Shown here: positions 43,650 to 60,000 of the stretch, piece by piece
How the letters are laid out: the number at the start of each line of letters is the position of its first letter
Numbering within the stretch: position 1 is the stretch's first letter
DNA from: Eledone cirrhosa
Taxonomy: Eukaryota
Direction of reading: 5' to 3'
Assembly (NCBI GenBank): GCA_964016885.1
Contig: OZ024740.1
Location: 243,908,001-243,972,000 of the forward strand
DNA length: 64,000 bases
Position numbers and translations under genes: made by a program
Notes under the pieces: generated by a model
Told to the model about the DNA's origin: nothing
Database searches by the model: none
The model's input: only the letters and a program-made list of their open reading frames with translations

Positions 43650-45570
43650 ATAGTTACCTAGACACATATGACCTTAGAAACCTGTGCTCTACAAGACCAG
43701 CAAGAGGCAGACCACCTACCATTACCCCAATGGCCAAGAAAACCAACACAGATAGATGGAACGGGTGGACCAGAGCCATACGGACACCCGAAAACCACGA
43801 TGAACTGAAGAAAATGATTGCACATGCGGTAGGGGCCAGCATAAAATTAACCCTTAAGGAACATATGTTCAAATTTAATGGAAAAACATATGCCCAAGAG
43901 GAAGGAGCAGCCATTGGTGTTAGCATTGCAGGCGACATAGCTAACTTATTCATGGTATGGTGGGACAGTAGACTTAAACTTAAACTTAAAGAACAATTAG
44001 AAGACCCCTTAACCCTGATAATGTACTCCCGCTACGTAGATGATATAAACATCGTAGTTAAGACACCCCCACTAGAGAACAGTCAGGAACTAGAGAAAAA
44101 CACAATGGAAAGCATCCAGCAAATAGCAAACTCCATCCACCAGAGCATTAGAGTTACTATAGACTACCCAAGTAGACACCCCAACCATCGATTACCTGTA
44201 CTAGACACAGAGCTCTGGTTAGATACCATTAACAACCAAAAACAAATCCTCCATTCCCATTATGCCAAACCCATGACTTCCAAACATCTGATCCACCCAA
44301 ACTCGGCCATTTCGGACCATACCAAAATCAACATACTGATTGCGGATTTGGTACGGGTGATGAGAAATGTGTCCCGCATGTGCAACCCCGAAGAACTAGA
44401 GAGACACATACAATACTTCATCCACCGTATGCAGTTCTCTGGATACAACCAGAGAGATAGAATCAGAGTGTATAGAGGAGCCAGAACCAAATGGGAAAAA
44501 ATGGTAAATAATGACATAAATGGGACCTGCCCCTTGTATAGGAGCAAATTTTGGAATAGAATAGAAAGAACTAGGAACAAGGCCAATAGAATAAACTCAT
44601 GGTATGATAGCAATAAATACCAGAGTGTAATGTTCATCGATACAACCCCTAGAGGCGAACTAGCCTACACATTTAGAAGGGCCCTAAATAAACATAAACT
44701 CAATATTAAGATAGTAGAAAGACCAGGTACCTCTGTAAAAACACTTATTAGCAAGACATACCCGTTCTAAAGACCCTCATATATAGATAAGAAATGTATA
44801 ACCTGTAAAATAAGCCCCATATTAACTGTAAAACTAGAAATGTAGTGTATAGCATAAAATGTACTGAAGGACAATGTAGAAACAAAAATATAGTGTACAT
44901 AGGTGAGACAGCTCGTAGTATAGGGGAACGGATAAATGAACACTGGCGAGACCTTCAAGATAATAAAGAATCATCTGTACTCTACCATCATGCTAAGATA
45001 GAACACAAGGGTAAATTAGAGAACATAGAAATAAAAATAGAATCTACACACAGAAAAGATGCAATGTTTAGACAAATTACAGAGGCAATAAACATAAAAG
45101 AATTACAACCAAAATTAAATAGAAAATATGAGTGGAACAGCAACATCACAACTTACAATTAAGGACAAAATGAAAACACACACACACATAGAACAAACAA
45201 CCAACCAATAACATGTAAATAAATAAACAAATAGATAAATGAACAGAAACACACACAGACACCCGGATGTGGCGCATGCGCAAACTGAGCACACAACACA
45301 CACACAGAAACAAAATGGCGTAGGACAGAAGAAAGGAAAGGCACAGAAACAAAGAAGGAATCCCCAGTCACTGAAGAGGTCACAGAGTGTGTGACGAAAG
45401 GACTATGACTATATATAAACAACTATCTGGTTGTGGAACCAACCAACCAGAAATTTATAAATTTGTAGATTTGTAAATTTATAAATTTATAAATATATAA
45501 TAAATTGAAGTGAAAGCAACTGGTGCGTGTGTTTCTTATTGGCAACATGACCCTCCCAAAGTATAACAAT
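43650..45570 (+). mobile_element. 5'-truncated Penelope-like element (RT plus GIY-YIG) with 3' hammerhead
   Basis: GAAIG, RYVDD, LPVLD in ORF 43730..44770; VVYSIKC...YIGETARSIGERINEH in 44845..45162. Confidence 0.88.
45366..45410 (+). ncRNA. minimal type I hammerhead ribozyme (PLE 3' UTR)
   Basis: agtca CTGAAGA g gtcac-agagtgt-gtgac GAAA g-ga-c TA tgact. Confidence 0.8.
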
Positions 45571-45625
45571 ATCGGTTTCAACACACGATTTCAGATAAAG
45601 AATCTTGCTAAACAAATTCAGAAAC

Positions 45626-45679
<54 letters not shown>

Positions 45680-45724
45680 ATATATATATATGTATATCTA
45701 TCTATCTATCTCTCTATATATATG

Positions 45725-45898
<174 letters not shown>

Positions 45899-45899
45899 C

Positions 45900-45990
<91 letters not shown>

Positions 45991-46178
45991 CATATATATA
46001 TATACATACACATATATATATACATATATATTTATTTTATTATATATATTTGAAGGACAACCAAGACAACATTGATGCGCTTTCATCAGATAAAATACAA
46101 AGTTTGTTTCATAAATAGAGACGTACCCATATATATATATATTACTTCAAAATATTAATAAATATAGACATTCGTGTG

Positions 46179-46259
46179 ATCAAATTTATTTTATTATATA
46201 TATTTCAGAGGTACTGAGCTGTTTCATCAGTACGTCCTCATCAGATAAAATAAATTGAT
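46179..46259 (-). ncRNA. minimal type I hammerhead ribozyme with long helix I
   Basis: tttattttat CTGATGA ggacgtactga-tgaaacagc-tcagtacctct GAAA t-atat-a TA ataaaataaa. Confidence 0.85.
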
Positions 46260-46482
46260 GTCTGACATACCTCAATTGTGCTGATGGTTTAATTACAGTT
46301 TTGCCAGTAATCTAATCTATTGTAAAACTATATTCATTGATTAATCAATGAACCTTGTTAAACTTCTGGTTATATATATATGAATCGAGTGTTTAACAAT
46401 CCAATAACAGCTGGACGTGCGTCTACATGTGAGAACACATATCTGAGGAGCCTCCGATTCCCGAGCTGATCGATGGTGAAAC

Positions 46483-46580
<98 letters not shown>

Positions 46581-46629
46581 GTATATACATATATATATAT
46601 GTATATATATATATATGTATATATATATG

Positions 46630-46660
<31 letters not shown>

Positions 46661-46675
46661 GTATATATATATATG

Positions 46676-46741
<66 letters not shown>

Positions 46742-47746
46742 TATGTATAGAAACATTAGATATAATTAGTAATAAGATATATCATACCTAAACCTGCTTC
46801 TATAGTCCCCGACTACGTAGTTTCGTGGCATATTATGCAAAAACACTACATCATAGAGATATAGAGTTTTTGTGAGGTCTGCCGACTTATCAAGAGGATA
46901 TCTCATTAAGTGTTTCAAAATATATCTTATTACTAATTATATCTAATGTTTCTTCTCTCTTCATAATGTATTATATAGCTCTGATACTGAATCAGTCTAA
47001 TCCATTCGGATTGGTTTGTCCCAGTTATTCATAGAACAACATCGGTTGAGGTTGGTACCACTAACTCAGGGATATATGTGGATATATTCATGTGTATGTG
47101 TGTCCGCATGTATCTGTGTGTTTCTCTATATATTGTTTATAACTCCCTCTGGTCGAGTAACCTTTGAAGTGTAGTGACTGCTGGGTAGCTACCATTACTC
47201 ATACTTCTCGCCTCCTCAAACCACCTCTTCTACCGCTTTGATATAAATACCCCCTCCGCCTTCGTGGTTTTTTTTTCAGGGTTATAAGGGGCTTAGCTCT
47301 GTTTCCTCACCGCTGTATCACGTGATTGACTCCCCCTCCGCATTTTCGAGATTCTATCTCGCGCATCACAGACGTGTTTTGCAACCCTTAATGAGGAATC
47401 CTCTTGATAAGTCGGCAGACCTCATAAAAAATCTATATCTCTATGATGTACGTTTATATAATTATATGTATACACGCACACTCACACACACACATATATA
47501 TATATTTTTATGTGTATTTGATGTATACGTTCGTATGCGGTGCGGGTACAGGCGTTGCGTGGGGTTTGTATGTGCGTGGGTGTGTTTTTTTGTGTACGTG
47601 CTTGTATTGGCATACCCATTGCGGGTGTTTTCGCGTATGCCTGTGTATGTACGTATATCGTTGCGTGGATATATATATTTAATTTCAATTACCTCTGTAA
47701 TTTATTTACTTTATTCTTAACTCTGAAGCCGGGAATCATTCGGTTT

Positions 47747-48027
47747 CCTAATAGAATTTTAGTCTACGACTTCAGTTATACCATATACGTGGTTTTGTCT
47801 TTGCGTGTAATTGTTCTCTACGCTCCACATAATGACGTATCATCTTCGTTTTTTCCGTTCATTGCCAGAGAACGTCTCCATGAACCACCTAATAGAATAT
47901 TAATCTACGACTTCGTTTATACCATAAACGTGGTTTTGTCTTTGCGTGTAATTGTTTTCACCGCTCCAAATTATGACGTATTATCTTTGTCTTTATCCAT
48001 TCTTGCCAGGAAACGTTTCCACGAACG
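47747..48027 (+). repeat. two-copy tandem repeat, about 141 bp
   Basis: cctaatagaat...tacgacttc...gtggttttgtctttgcgtgtaattgtt repeated at 47747 and 47888. Confidence 0.85.
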
Positions 48028-48263
48028 TAAGTATGGTCTTCCTGTCTTCCTTCGGTTGCAGCGTTTTTTGAAATATTTACTTCTGCGTTCACAGATTGAT
48101 TTTTTTAGTTTCAGAAGATCCCGTTAAGGGTGAAGCAGCGATTCTTTGCTTAAACTTTAATCTGTTATTTTAATAAATATTTGCTCTACGGTTCTTAAAT
48201 ATTTGATATATATTTATCCTTATCGAGCCCTCTTTGGATTTTAGGCTTCAAATGTATTATTAT

Positions 48264-48317
<54 letters not shown>

Positions 48318-48319
<2 letters not shown>

Positions 48320-48521
48320 CGGAGGAAATGCGGTAAGGAACCAGGTGGACCATAACGCACGAAAGTACTCAATACTTAGGGTAGTAGAGTGGGTAATAGG
48401 AACGAGCAGGACCCCGACGGCTGAGTTCAAGCCGTTTCGACGGCTAATTCTGGACTAAATCGTTTAGTCCAGAATTAGCCGTCGAAACGGCTTGAGGTCA
48501 GCTGTCGGGGTCCTACTCGTT

Positions 48522-48526
<5 letters not shown>
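48318..48526. mobile_element. (TA)n-inserted fold-back element H1, copy 1 (64-bp-arm hairpin 48396-48526)
   Basis: arms ataggaacgag...ggactaaa / tttagtcc...ctcgttcctat, 3-nt loop; homologous to 55257-55475. Confidence 0.85.
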
Positions 48527-48575
<49 letters not shown>

Positions 48576-48580
48576 AATAA

Positions 48581-48674
48581 TTGTTTCTACTTTAGGCACA
48601 AGGCCAGCAATTACCCAGTGCATTACTGGTACTTTATTTTATCGACCCCGTAAGGATGACAGGCAAAGTCAACT
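48581..48674 (-). mobile_element. 5'-truncated S1 SINE with TSD tatattgtaataat
   Basis: direct repeat on both sides. Confidence 0.85.
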
Positions 48675-49845
48675 ATATTGTAATAATAAAAAGAACGAGG
48701 CATTAAATCTTATTGAGGTGTGATGTACATTTCGGATTGATTTGCTCAAAGTTCGATCTGTATCGATCGGGCCCGACTCTGGAATCAAAGGCTCGTCGGA
48801 CTTCAGGAAATACTTCTGTCATTACCAAAATAGAAGTCCGACGAGCTTTTGATTCCAGAGTCTTCTTCTTCTTCTTCTTCTTCTTCTTCTTCTTCTTCTT
48901 CTTCTTCTTCTTCTTTCGAGGGTTGTGGGGACGATGTCCGCAGACACTCCTTCCAGCGGGTCCTGTCAGAACAGTGAGACAATCCACAAGATGGATGACA
49001 GGCAGATGAAATATAAAAAAGATTGAAACAGGAGGAGGACAAGGAGAAGTGTGTTGGCACACAGAAAAAAATAAAGAATAAATAAAGGCGATGTACAAGA
49101 CAAGTTTACACACACACACATCTTCACCCCCTTGAGCTCTCAAACCAGCAAAATGGTTTCGTACGATTTAATTGAGAGTACCATTTTAAAATGCTGGATC
49201 ATGCAACAGAAATTTAAATGTTTCTGCTGGTATGATGTGTAAGTGAAACACAAACAGCACAGATGGAGAAACGAAAGAAAACAATGAAAAAGAAGTTAAT
49301 GGGGTAGTGGACCCCAAGCTGTGGTGTCTTTCCTAAATAGACAGCTGATCATAGCTATCCATTTTGCTAGTCTGATAGCTGATGAGTGTAAAGATGTGTG
49401 TGAGTGTGAACTTGTCTTGCACATCGCCTTTCTTTATTTCCTCTTCCTTTCATTTCTGTGCGCCAAAATACTTCTTGTCCTCCTATTTCAATTTTTTCTA
49501 TATTTCATATGTCTGTCACCACGTTGTGGATTGTCTCTTTGTTGACCACTGGCCACTGGACTGTGTCCTATATAGGCATTTTTGAACATCGCTGTCTTTG
49601 GCAGCATTTAGCTGTTTTAACGGCTGCTCTAGCAACGAGTTTTCTCATTTATATATGTATTCGAATAAAATCTCACTTCGTTTCGATCAGAGAGAACATT
49701 GTTCCGATGAGCCGCTCTGTTTTTTAAATATGTTAATTATTTTCAATTGAACCAGATCAATTATGATATATAGTCATCTGATCCAGAAATATTATATGGA
49801 GTAGCGAAACAATTGTAAACGGACATTATTATTATTAATATTATT

Positions 49846-49945
49846 CCGAGGTTAACTTTGCCTTTCATCCTTACGGGGTCGATAAAATAAAGTACCAGTA
49901 ATGTACTGGGTAATTGCTGGCCTTGTGCCTAAAGTAGAAACAATT
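49846..49945 (+). mobile_element. 5'-truncated S1 SINE in (ATT)n
   Basis: flanked by attattattaatattatt on both sides. Confidence 0.85.
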
Positions 49946-50186
49946 ATTATTAATATTATTATTATTATTATCTACACTCTTTACATCAAACTAAAATATG
50001 TTGACACTCTTTTAATAATGTCTTCCTTGTTAAATTTGTGGTCTTGCTTTGCTTAACTAATGAATATATATATATATATATATATTTATTTATTTATGAA
50101 TATATATGTATATATTTATGAATATATATGTATATATTTATGAATATATATGTATATATTTATGAATATATATATGTATATATTTA

Positions 50187-52506
<2,320 letters not shown>

Positions 52507-52508
52507 GA

Positions 52509-52539
<31 letters not shown>

Positions 52540-53058
52540 CATATATATATAAATATGTATATATGAATATATATATATGAATATATATATATATATATAG
52601 TCTCTCGGACATGACACCCTTAATTTCATTTTGGATATGTATATATATATATATATTGTGTCCAACTGTTGAACCTAACAGATTTGTAAATATTCTATGT
52701 AAATCTTGAGAGAAGGAAGATGTAATGTTTGATATAAAATTTAATATAATTTTTTTACAGCTGGATACCGATTTAAAATATACACGCCGCAAACTGCTTT
52801 TTATATCAACAAAGAATTTGCGACAGTTGATGATTAAATTAATCGCTTTTACCTTAAGCTTTGGCGTTGATGTTCTTTTTAATCAACTATATCGACCACT
52901 TTGTTATATATTTTATCGATCCTATACGTGTGGGAATAATAAACGGACAATTATATGAAGAGACGTTAGCTCGAATATAGTAGAATATAGTGGACACTCA
53001 CTCTCCCATATTTCTCTCTCTCTTTGTATACACGTATCTATGTATGTATGTATGTATG

Positions 53059-53495
53059 GCTCTTAAGAGTCAATGGCCATCCAAAATCACCGGGAGAGAT
53101 AACCTTTGTCAAGGCAGAATTCTAGGAGAAGGAAATCTCTGATATAACACCTGCAACCCTGATGGTATCCAATGATGTTGACTTGTTCTTCTTTTTGGTA
53201 AATATCATCTTGGTTAAGAGAGTGGGACTGGCTTTGTGCAGTGCCTTTGCTCACTATAAAAGCTTCACGGCACAGGCATTGTTTTATATCTGGAGATCTC
53301 TCTGCCCTTGTCGTCACATGGTACCATGGGCCCAGCACTATGTCTCGGTAATTGTCACAGGTGTAGTGTTTGTACCAGAGTTTTCAAGTCGCTGGCTGGA
53401 CTAAAGTCACATTCGTTCAGCGCATCGGTAGGAGTTCTCCTACATGGATATAAAGTAGTGGCCGTACTCGAAAACGAGTTGGCAGCCACCACCAT
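53059..53495 (-). mobile_element. family C1 copy 3, flanked on both sides by (CATA)n
   Basis: ctaggagaagg..ctctgatataa, agagtggga.tggct and gcagccaccaccatgtatg motifs. Confidence 0.7.
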
Positions 53496-53612
53496 GTATG
53501 TATATATGTATGTATGTATCCGAAAATGTGTAAATATGTATATATTTAACGAAGGGTTAAAAATGTAATGCTAGATATGATTATATGTGGTTATTAGTTG
53601 ATATGATAATAA

Positions 53613-53752
53613 CTGTTTCTACTTTTGGCACAAGGCCAGCAATTACCCAGTACATTACTGGTACTTTATTTTATCGACCCTGTAAGAATGAAAGGCAAAG
53701 TTAACCTCGGCGGGATCTGAACTCACATAGGTTAACTTTGCCTTTCATCCTT
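53613..53752 (-). mobile_element. S1 SINE with short 5' inversion and TSD tatgataataac
   Basis: 53730-53753 is the reverse complement of 53684-53707; TSD at 53602 and 53752. Confidence 0.8.
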
Positions 53753-53921
53753 ATGATAATAACAAAGTATAAGAAGAATAGGTGTAGTAACGAGAATATA
53801 AAGAATAAATGATTTGGTTATACATAGTTTACTCCAAATGAATCAATTAAAACGTACATATAAAACAGTTAACAAGAGTTGTTAATGTAGTTATTGTTGC
53901 TGATGTGAGGCTGTTGTAGTC

Positions 53922-54188
53922 TGTTGTTGTTGTTGTTGGTGTGAAAACAGCGAGCGACAGATAATTGTTGTTGTTGTTGTTGGAGTGAAAACAGGGAGCG
54001 ACAGATAATTGTTGGTGTTGTTGGAGTGAAAACAGGGAGCGACAGATAATTGTTGTTGTTGTTGGAGTGAAAACAGCGAACGACAGATAATTGTTGTTGT
54101 TGTTGGAGTAAAACAGCGAACGACAGATAATTGTTGTTGTTGTTGGAGTGAAAACAGCGAGCGACAGATAATTGTTGTTGTTGTTGGA
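53922..54188. repeat. about 40-bp minisatellite (GTT)n-ggagtgaaaacagcgagcgacagataatt, about 6.5 copies
   Basis: direct reading. Confidence 0.92.
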
Positions 54189-54699
54189 ATTTGGAGTCCG
54201 TGGTAGTAGTTGTGAGACCGTAGTTAGTAAGAGAGAGAGAGATATGGTTTGTATATCTCTGAATGGTATGTAATTGGTGGTAGACCACTGTGGCTTGTAC
54301 ATGGTCTGTAGTAGTAGGGCTCCAATCTCTGTGTGTGGATCTGTAGACCTCAAAGGGTCTGTTGATAGTGGTGAATCCTTACATAGTTAGTTGCTAGCGT
54401 AATGCTCCGATGTCTCTGGCTTTTCTGTAGACCTCTGGGGTCTGAAGTTAGTGGTTAATCTTTACATAGTTAGTTGTGTATCCTATCGCTCCGATGTCTC
54501 TGTATGTAAAGGTGGGAAAATATAGGCTTTATATAGCTATCGCTTCCTGTCTCCCCACTTTGAGGGGATAGCCAACGCATCAACCTGTCTACACCAAAAG
54601 GGTGTTGACCTAGAATCTAACCTTTAGATATCACTCAAAGTTCAAGGCGCGGACAGATTTCGCTACATATACACATGTACCGCGCAGTTAAACCACTGG

Positions 54700-55000
54700 G
54701 AGTGAAGGGCCCCTAGCCTTTGTCAGGGCATTCTTCTAAGAGAAGGCAACTCAGAAAACTGGGATAACTCTGATATAAAACCTGCGGCTCAGTAGTTACC
54801 GATGATGTTGATATTTTTTTCTTCTTTTCGAGTTATAGCTACTGTCGCTCAGAGAGTGGGATTGGCTCTGTGCACAGTCTTTCCTCACGTTAAAAAATAT
54901 CTTCACGTGCAGGCATTGCACGATAGAATTAATTAATAATTATTAATAATGGTATATCATGCAATGGCCATACTCGATAACGAGGGGGCAGCCATCATAT
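54700..55000 (-). mobile_element. family C1 copy 4, next to (CATA)n
   Basis: ctaagagaagg, ctctgatataaaacctgc, gagagtgggattggct, gcagccatcat. Confidence 0.6.
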
Positions 55001-55200
55001 CATGTATGTATGTATGTATGTATGTATGTATGTATGTATGTATGTATGTATGTATGTATGACCTTGTGTGCACTGGAATGCATAGAATTGACCTAATTAA
55101 ACCGAAACTGGACTGATTTCTAGAGGTTGACTGAGGAGATGAGACTGTCCGTCTTTCCGTTGTTTCTTCCATTGCCTTTGTCCTGTGTGCCCCTACTTTG

Positions 55201-55256
<56 letters not shown>

Positions 55257-55261
<5 letters not shown>

Positions 55262-55472
55262 AAAATGTTTAACCCCGACGGCAAAGCTCAAGCCGTTTCG
55301 AGGGCTATTTCTGGACTAAATTATGGACTGAATTTAGTCCAGAAATAGCCGTCGAAACGGCTTGAGCACTGCCGTCGGGGTTAAACATTTTCCTATTACC
55401 CACTCTACTACCCTAAGTATTGAGTACTCTGGTGCGTTATGGTCCATCTGGTTCATTACCACACTTCCTTCG

Positions 55473-55475
<3 letters not shown>
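55257..55475. mobile_element. fold-back element H1, copy 2 (66-bp-arm hairpin 55257-55396)
   Basis: reverse-complement homologue of 48318-48526, flanked by (TA)n. Confidence 0.85.
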
Positions 55476-55516
<41 letters not shown>

Positions 55517-55565
55517 ATATGTTATATTATTAAATAAATGGAAACTATATTTATAAAACCATATT

Positions 55566-55631
55566 TATTTCATTATATATATTTCGGAGATATCATATTA
55601 ACAATATGCTATGCCTTCCTCAGACAAAATA
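55566..55631 (-). ncRNA. minimal type I hammerhead ribozyme
   Basis: tattttgt CTGAGGA aggcatagcatatt-gtt-aatatgatatctcc GAAA t-atat-a TA atgaaata. Confidence 0.75.
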
Positions 55632-56208
55632 CAATATAAACAGTTTTATAGATAAATATATTCGACATACCGTGACAACACCGACTTGCATTTGAAGAGG
55701 TTGAACTGGCAGTGAAAAAATTTTACACAGAGAGAAAGAAAGAGAGAAAAAAGAAAGAAAGACAGAAAACGAAGAAAAGGAAGAAAAAGAAGAAATGCAT
55801 GGAACAAAATAGAGAGATGGAAAGATAGATAAAGAGAAGAACTTCATGTAAAGAAACAGAAAGAGATATATATATATAGAGAGAGAGGAAATAGAGATAG
55901 ATACATATATATATAGAAAATTAGGTAGTGGGAGGTCAGTTGAGTAAATGTATCAATGATACATTTATTTATTTATTTATTTATTTAGCTCTAGTATTAA
56001 TGTAAGGGAGATATATATAGAGAGAAAAAATATTTGTCGAGTGCTTTTATATCAGTTATAAATATTTACTAGTTGTAACCCAACAATTTTAAATATAACT
56101 TTCCATGTATGTATATGTTATATGTATCTGTATATATATATGTGTGTGTTTGTGTATAGAACATTCTAAACAAGACACAAGTCAGAGGTAAGTAGTTAAT
56201 TAGTTGAT

Positions 56209-56330
56209 TGTTTTACGATCGTTTCAGATGGTCCTTTCATCGTGGAAGATCGATGTATCGATTCGACTAGCATGGTAATGGTTAGGCTACTACGAAATTC
56301 CTGTTTGATCAATTGTCTTCCTCAGAAACA
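56209..56330 (-). ncRNA. type I hammerhead ribozyme with about 90-nt helix II insertion
   Basis: tgttt CTGAGGA aga...tct GAAA c-gatc-g TA aaaca. Confidence 0.65.
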
Positions 56331-56519
56331 CTAAACTATGATTTTATTTGTTACAAATGTATATAGAGGCGGCGGCGCATACGTTGTGTATCCCAATGAG
56401 TAGGGAAATGAAAGAGGGGCATGCATAAATTAAGAGTAGTAGGAGTAGAAAGCATATAAAAGGTATGTAGACAAAGATAGGTGATAAAAAAATTAATAAT
56501 AATACCACTATTTATAATA

Positions 56520-56706
56520 ATTGTTTCTACTTTTGACACAAGGCCATTAATTACCCCAGTGCATTACTGGTACTTTATTTTATCGACCCCGTAAGGATGA
56601 AAAGCAAAGTTAACCTCGGCGGGATTTGAACTCAGATCATAAAGGGACATAACTATGCTAGAAAGCATGCTTCTGACCCTCTACCGATACTGCCAATTCA
56701 CCACAC

Positions 56707-56737
<31 letters not shown>

Positions 56738-57091
56738 TGTTTCTACTTTGGGCACAAGGCCAGCAATTACCCAGTGCATTACTGGTACTTTATTTTATCG
56801 ACCCCGTAAGGATGAAAGGCAAAGTCAACCTCGGCGGGATTTGAACTCAGATCGTAAAGGGACGTAACTATGCTAAAGGGACGTAACTATACTAATATTA
56901 ATAACTGTTTCTACTTTTGGCACAAGGCCAGCAATTACCCAATGCATTACTGGTATTTTATTCTATCGACCCCGGAAGGATGAAAGGCAAAGTTAACCTC
57001 AGCGGGATTTGAATTCAGATCATACAGGGAGGTAACTCTATGCTTCAAAGCATGGCATCCGATCCTCTACCGATACTGTCAATCCACCGCC
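56520..57091 (-). mobile_element. three head-to-tail S1 SINEs joined by (AAT)n
   Basis: copies at about 56520-56705, 56737-56875 and 56905-57091. Confidence 0.9.
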
Positions 57092-60000
57092 ACATTCACC
57101 CACCTTTCAGCAAATGTACTTGGGGGCAACACTTCTCTATCCACCCTCACCTTCCTTTCCAAGTGAAATTGGAAAAAGTTGATGAGGGTTGGCCGAAGAG
57201 AAAACTGTCTGTCTTCAACTTTCAATCTGGTCCACCATACAACCTCTTTCGCTACTGCTACCAGACAGAGGAAAATTGCCTGCCCTTCCTGGCCAAAAGA
57301 AGGCGGCGGGTCGATCTTCACTATGGACTCGGCCGATAGCTGGATCCGTTCTACACGCGACAACAGATGTTCGACATAACTCCACGGTTTCGTCGCTCTG
57401 CGCGCATCTCGGGCAGGTCCGTCTGACAGCACTTCTGTGCCTGTAGAGTTTATATCGAATTGGCAGCATCCCCCGGTAGCTCTACCAAGCGAGGGATTTT
57501 TGGAAGTTATCCATGGTCTCCGGCTCGAAAGTTCTCCGGAACAGACTGGTTAGTTCCACTTCGTCGACTCCCAGAGCCTCTCTGAGTGCGTCGTCGTACA
57601 TGCCCACCACTAATCCTCTATAGAACTCGAGAGTCGAAGTTCCACTGACCGCATTGCCCACCTGGTAGAGGGCAGTGAGTGCCTGGCAACATTCCAGATG
57701 CCAGTCACCCAGTCTCGGTCTCTTCTTGACCCAGGACTGCAGCTCAGTCAAAGAGACGAGCTGCGGAAAGGCCCGTCTGACAAATGGTGACCACACATGT
57801 TCACCGTATAGGCAGAATATCTGGAGATGTTCCAGCCTCAGCGCATGTCTGCGCATCATTAGCCACGGCATGCCCAGCCCTCCACGTAGAGGGTACTGGC
57901 AGCAGATGGACCGTTTCACCAACGGAACCTGTCCCCCTCCACAAGAATTTGAAGAGGAGCCGTTCCAAATTGGCGAGGCGCGGATGGGTGCAAGGGACGA
58001 CGGTCAGGCAGTAGTAGGTGACCGACGCAGTGTACGCGTTCGCCACCTCCACCCGACCTTTCAGTGATAGCTTCCTCGCAGCCCATTTCTAGGTGAGACT
58101 AGCGACTCTGCCCGTCACCAAGTCCCAATTCTTATCCACCTGGAGGTCTGGCCCGAACCAAACCCGAGCAACTTTACCGATCCGTCCGTCCAGCGCCCAA
58201 CGACGCTGTTGGATGGCATGAACTTGCCTCTCCAGGTGCCGAGTTGCGAGCCCACTAACTTTTCCGGGTTAAGTTTCGCTCCCGTCAACCTTTCATATTC
58301 CTCCAATAAGTTGCCGACCACCTCGATTTCTGGGGTGTCCGACACCATCACGGTGATGTCATCCGCATAAGCCGACATAGCCTTTCCGCGTCCCGGTTCG
58401 AGTAAGATGCCCTGCAACAGCTCCCGCTTACGCAGTAAAGGCTCGAGAATCAATACATACAGAAGGGAGGAAAGAGGGCACCCTTGACGGACCGATCGGG
58501 AGATCTGAAACGGTTCCGAGAGGTGGCCATTAACTTTGACCACCGAGTAGATGCCACTGTGTATTGCAGCGATCCAGTTCTGGAGACGGGGCCGAAGCCA
58601 GCTGTCTTGGGGACAACCTCCAGATACCGATGGTCGACCCTATCGAATGCTTTCGACCGATCTAAATTGATCAGAACCCCAGGTTTACATCCTACCCTCA
58701 CTATGATGTATCGCATGAGATGGAGGTTATTATGTATGGACCTGGTCTGGATTGCGCAAGTTTGCGCCTCCCCCAACCAAATCCTCGACGACAAGCGCCA
58801 ACCTCTTCGCTAACACCTTGGCCAAAATCTTAAACTCTGTGTTGAGCTGAGTTATGGGCCTGAAATTATCTAATGTGTCCTTCTTGTTCTCGAATTTCCT
58901 TATCAGCGTCATTACGCCCCGGCTCACAGATCTGTGAATACTCCCGTTCTGCTGCCAGTTGCAGTAGAGCGCTTCGAGGAGATCGGAGAAGTCTGGCATA
59001 TTTACGTAAAGCTCGTATGGCAGACCATCCAGACCGGGTAACTTGCGCCTCGTGCAGCCGACAAGAGCGTCTTGAATTTCGGCTGAAGTAATCGGCCTTT
59101 CGCAGCGCTCAGCGTCGGCCGTCGAGATGAAGTAGGGACTGAAGTCCGCTACTGTCTCTGAGCCGCCATTCTCACTGAATAACCGAGCAAAGTTCTGGCG
59201 AAAGGCCTCACACATCCGCTTGGAATCGTTCATCGCGTGTCCGTCTCGGTCTGTCAAAGACCGAATTGTGGTTTCATTACCACGCTGTGCCTCTGCCACG
59301 CGGGCCCATCAAACAGCTTTGGTTCCCTCGTTTCTCAGAGTACGCGCCTTAGCTCTGACAATGAAACCTTCTTGTTTCGCATTGAAGAAATGGTCTAATG
59401 CCATTCTCGCCGCTAGCACGTCAGTTGCAATGCCACTACAAATAGCCTCGTCTAACTTATCTACCAACTCCCCCTCCTTTCTATTTTTCTCTACCCCTAT
59501 TTCTTTGCTAAACCCTATCGACATTACTCTAATCTCTCTTTTGAGAGCCCCCACCATTTGTTGTTGACGGCCTCCTCCCTTTCAACTTTTGCTTAACTAA
59601 ATTGTTGACCTGGTCCCTGTAAGTCTTACGTGCCGGAAACGACATTTCAGCTTCCAGTAACCAGGTCCTAACCTACGCGTCTTATCTAGGTCGACCATAC
59701 AGATCACAAAATTGTGATATGAATAGGCGATCGTTTTAAAATGTGGACAGCTTACACTATTTCTATCTATTTTTCTAATGAATATCCTCTCTATATACGA
59801 TCTAGATGACCCTATGCGGTTGGTCCAGGTCCACACTGGCGCATTAGAGAAATCTAGTCGGTACCTGTCAGACAGTTGGAACTTAAGGCTTTTGCACCCC
59901 CCGCTCCCATCGGGTACTCCCACACTGTCCCAGCGTGCGTCTAAGATGCCGTTCCATCCCCCCGCTAACAGTAAAGGGCGAGACGTACTCAGAAAGGCTT

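Noticed and set aside
53922-54188. Regularly spaced repeat resembling a CRISPR array
   Set aside because: No unique spacers (only GTT copy number varies), no cas genes, eukaryotic context.
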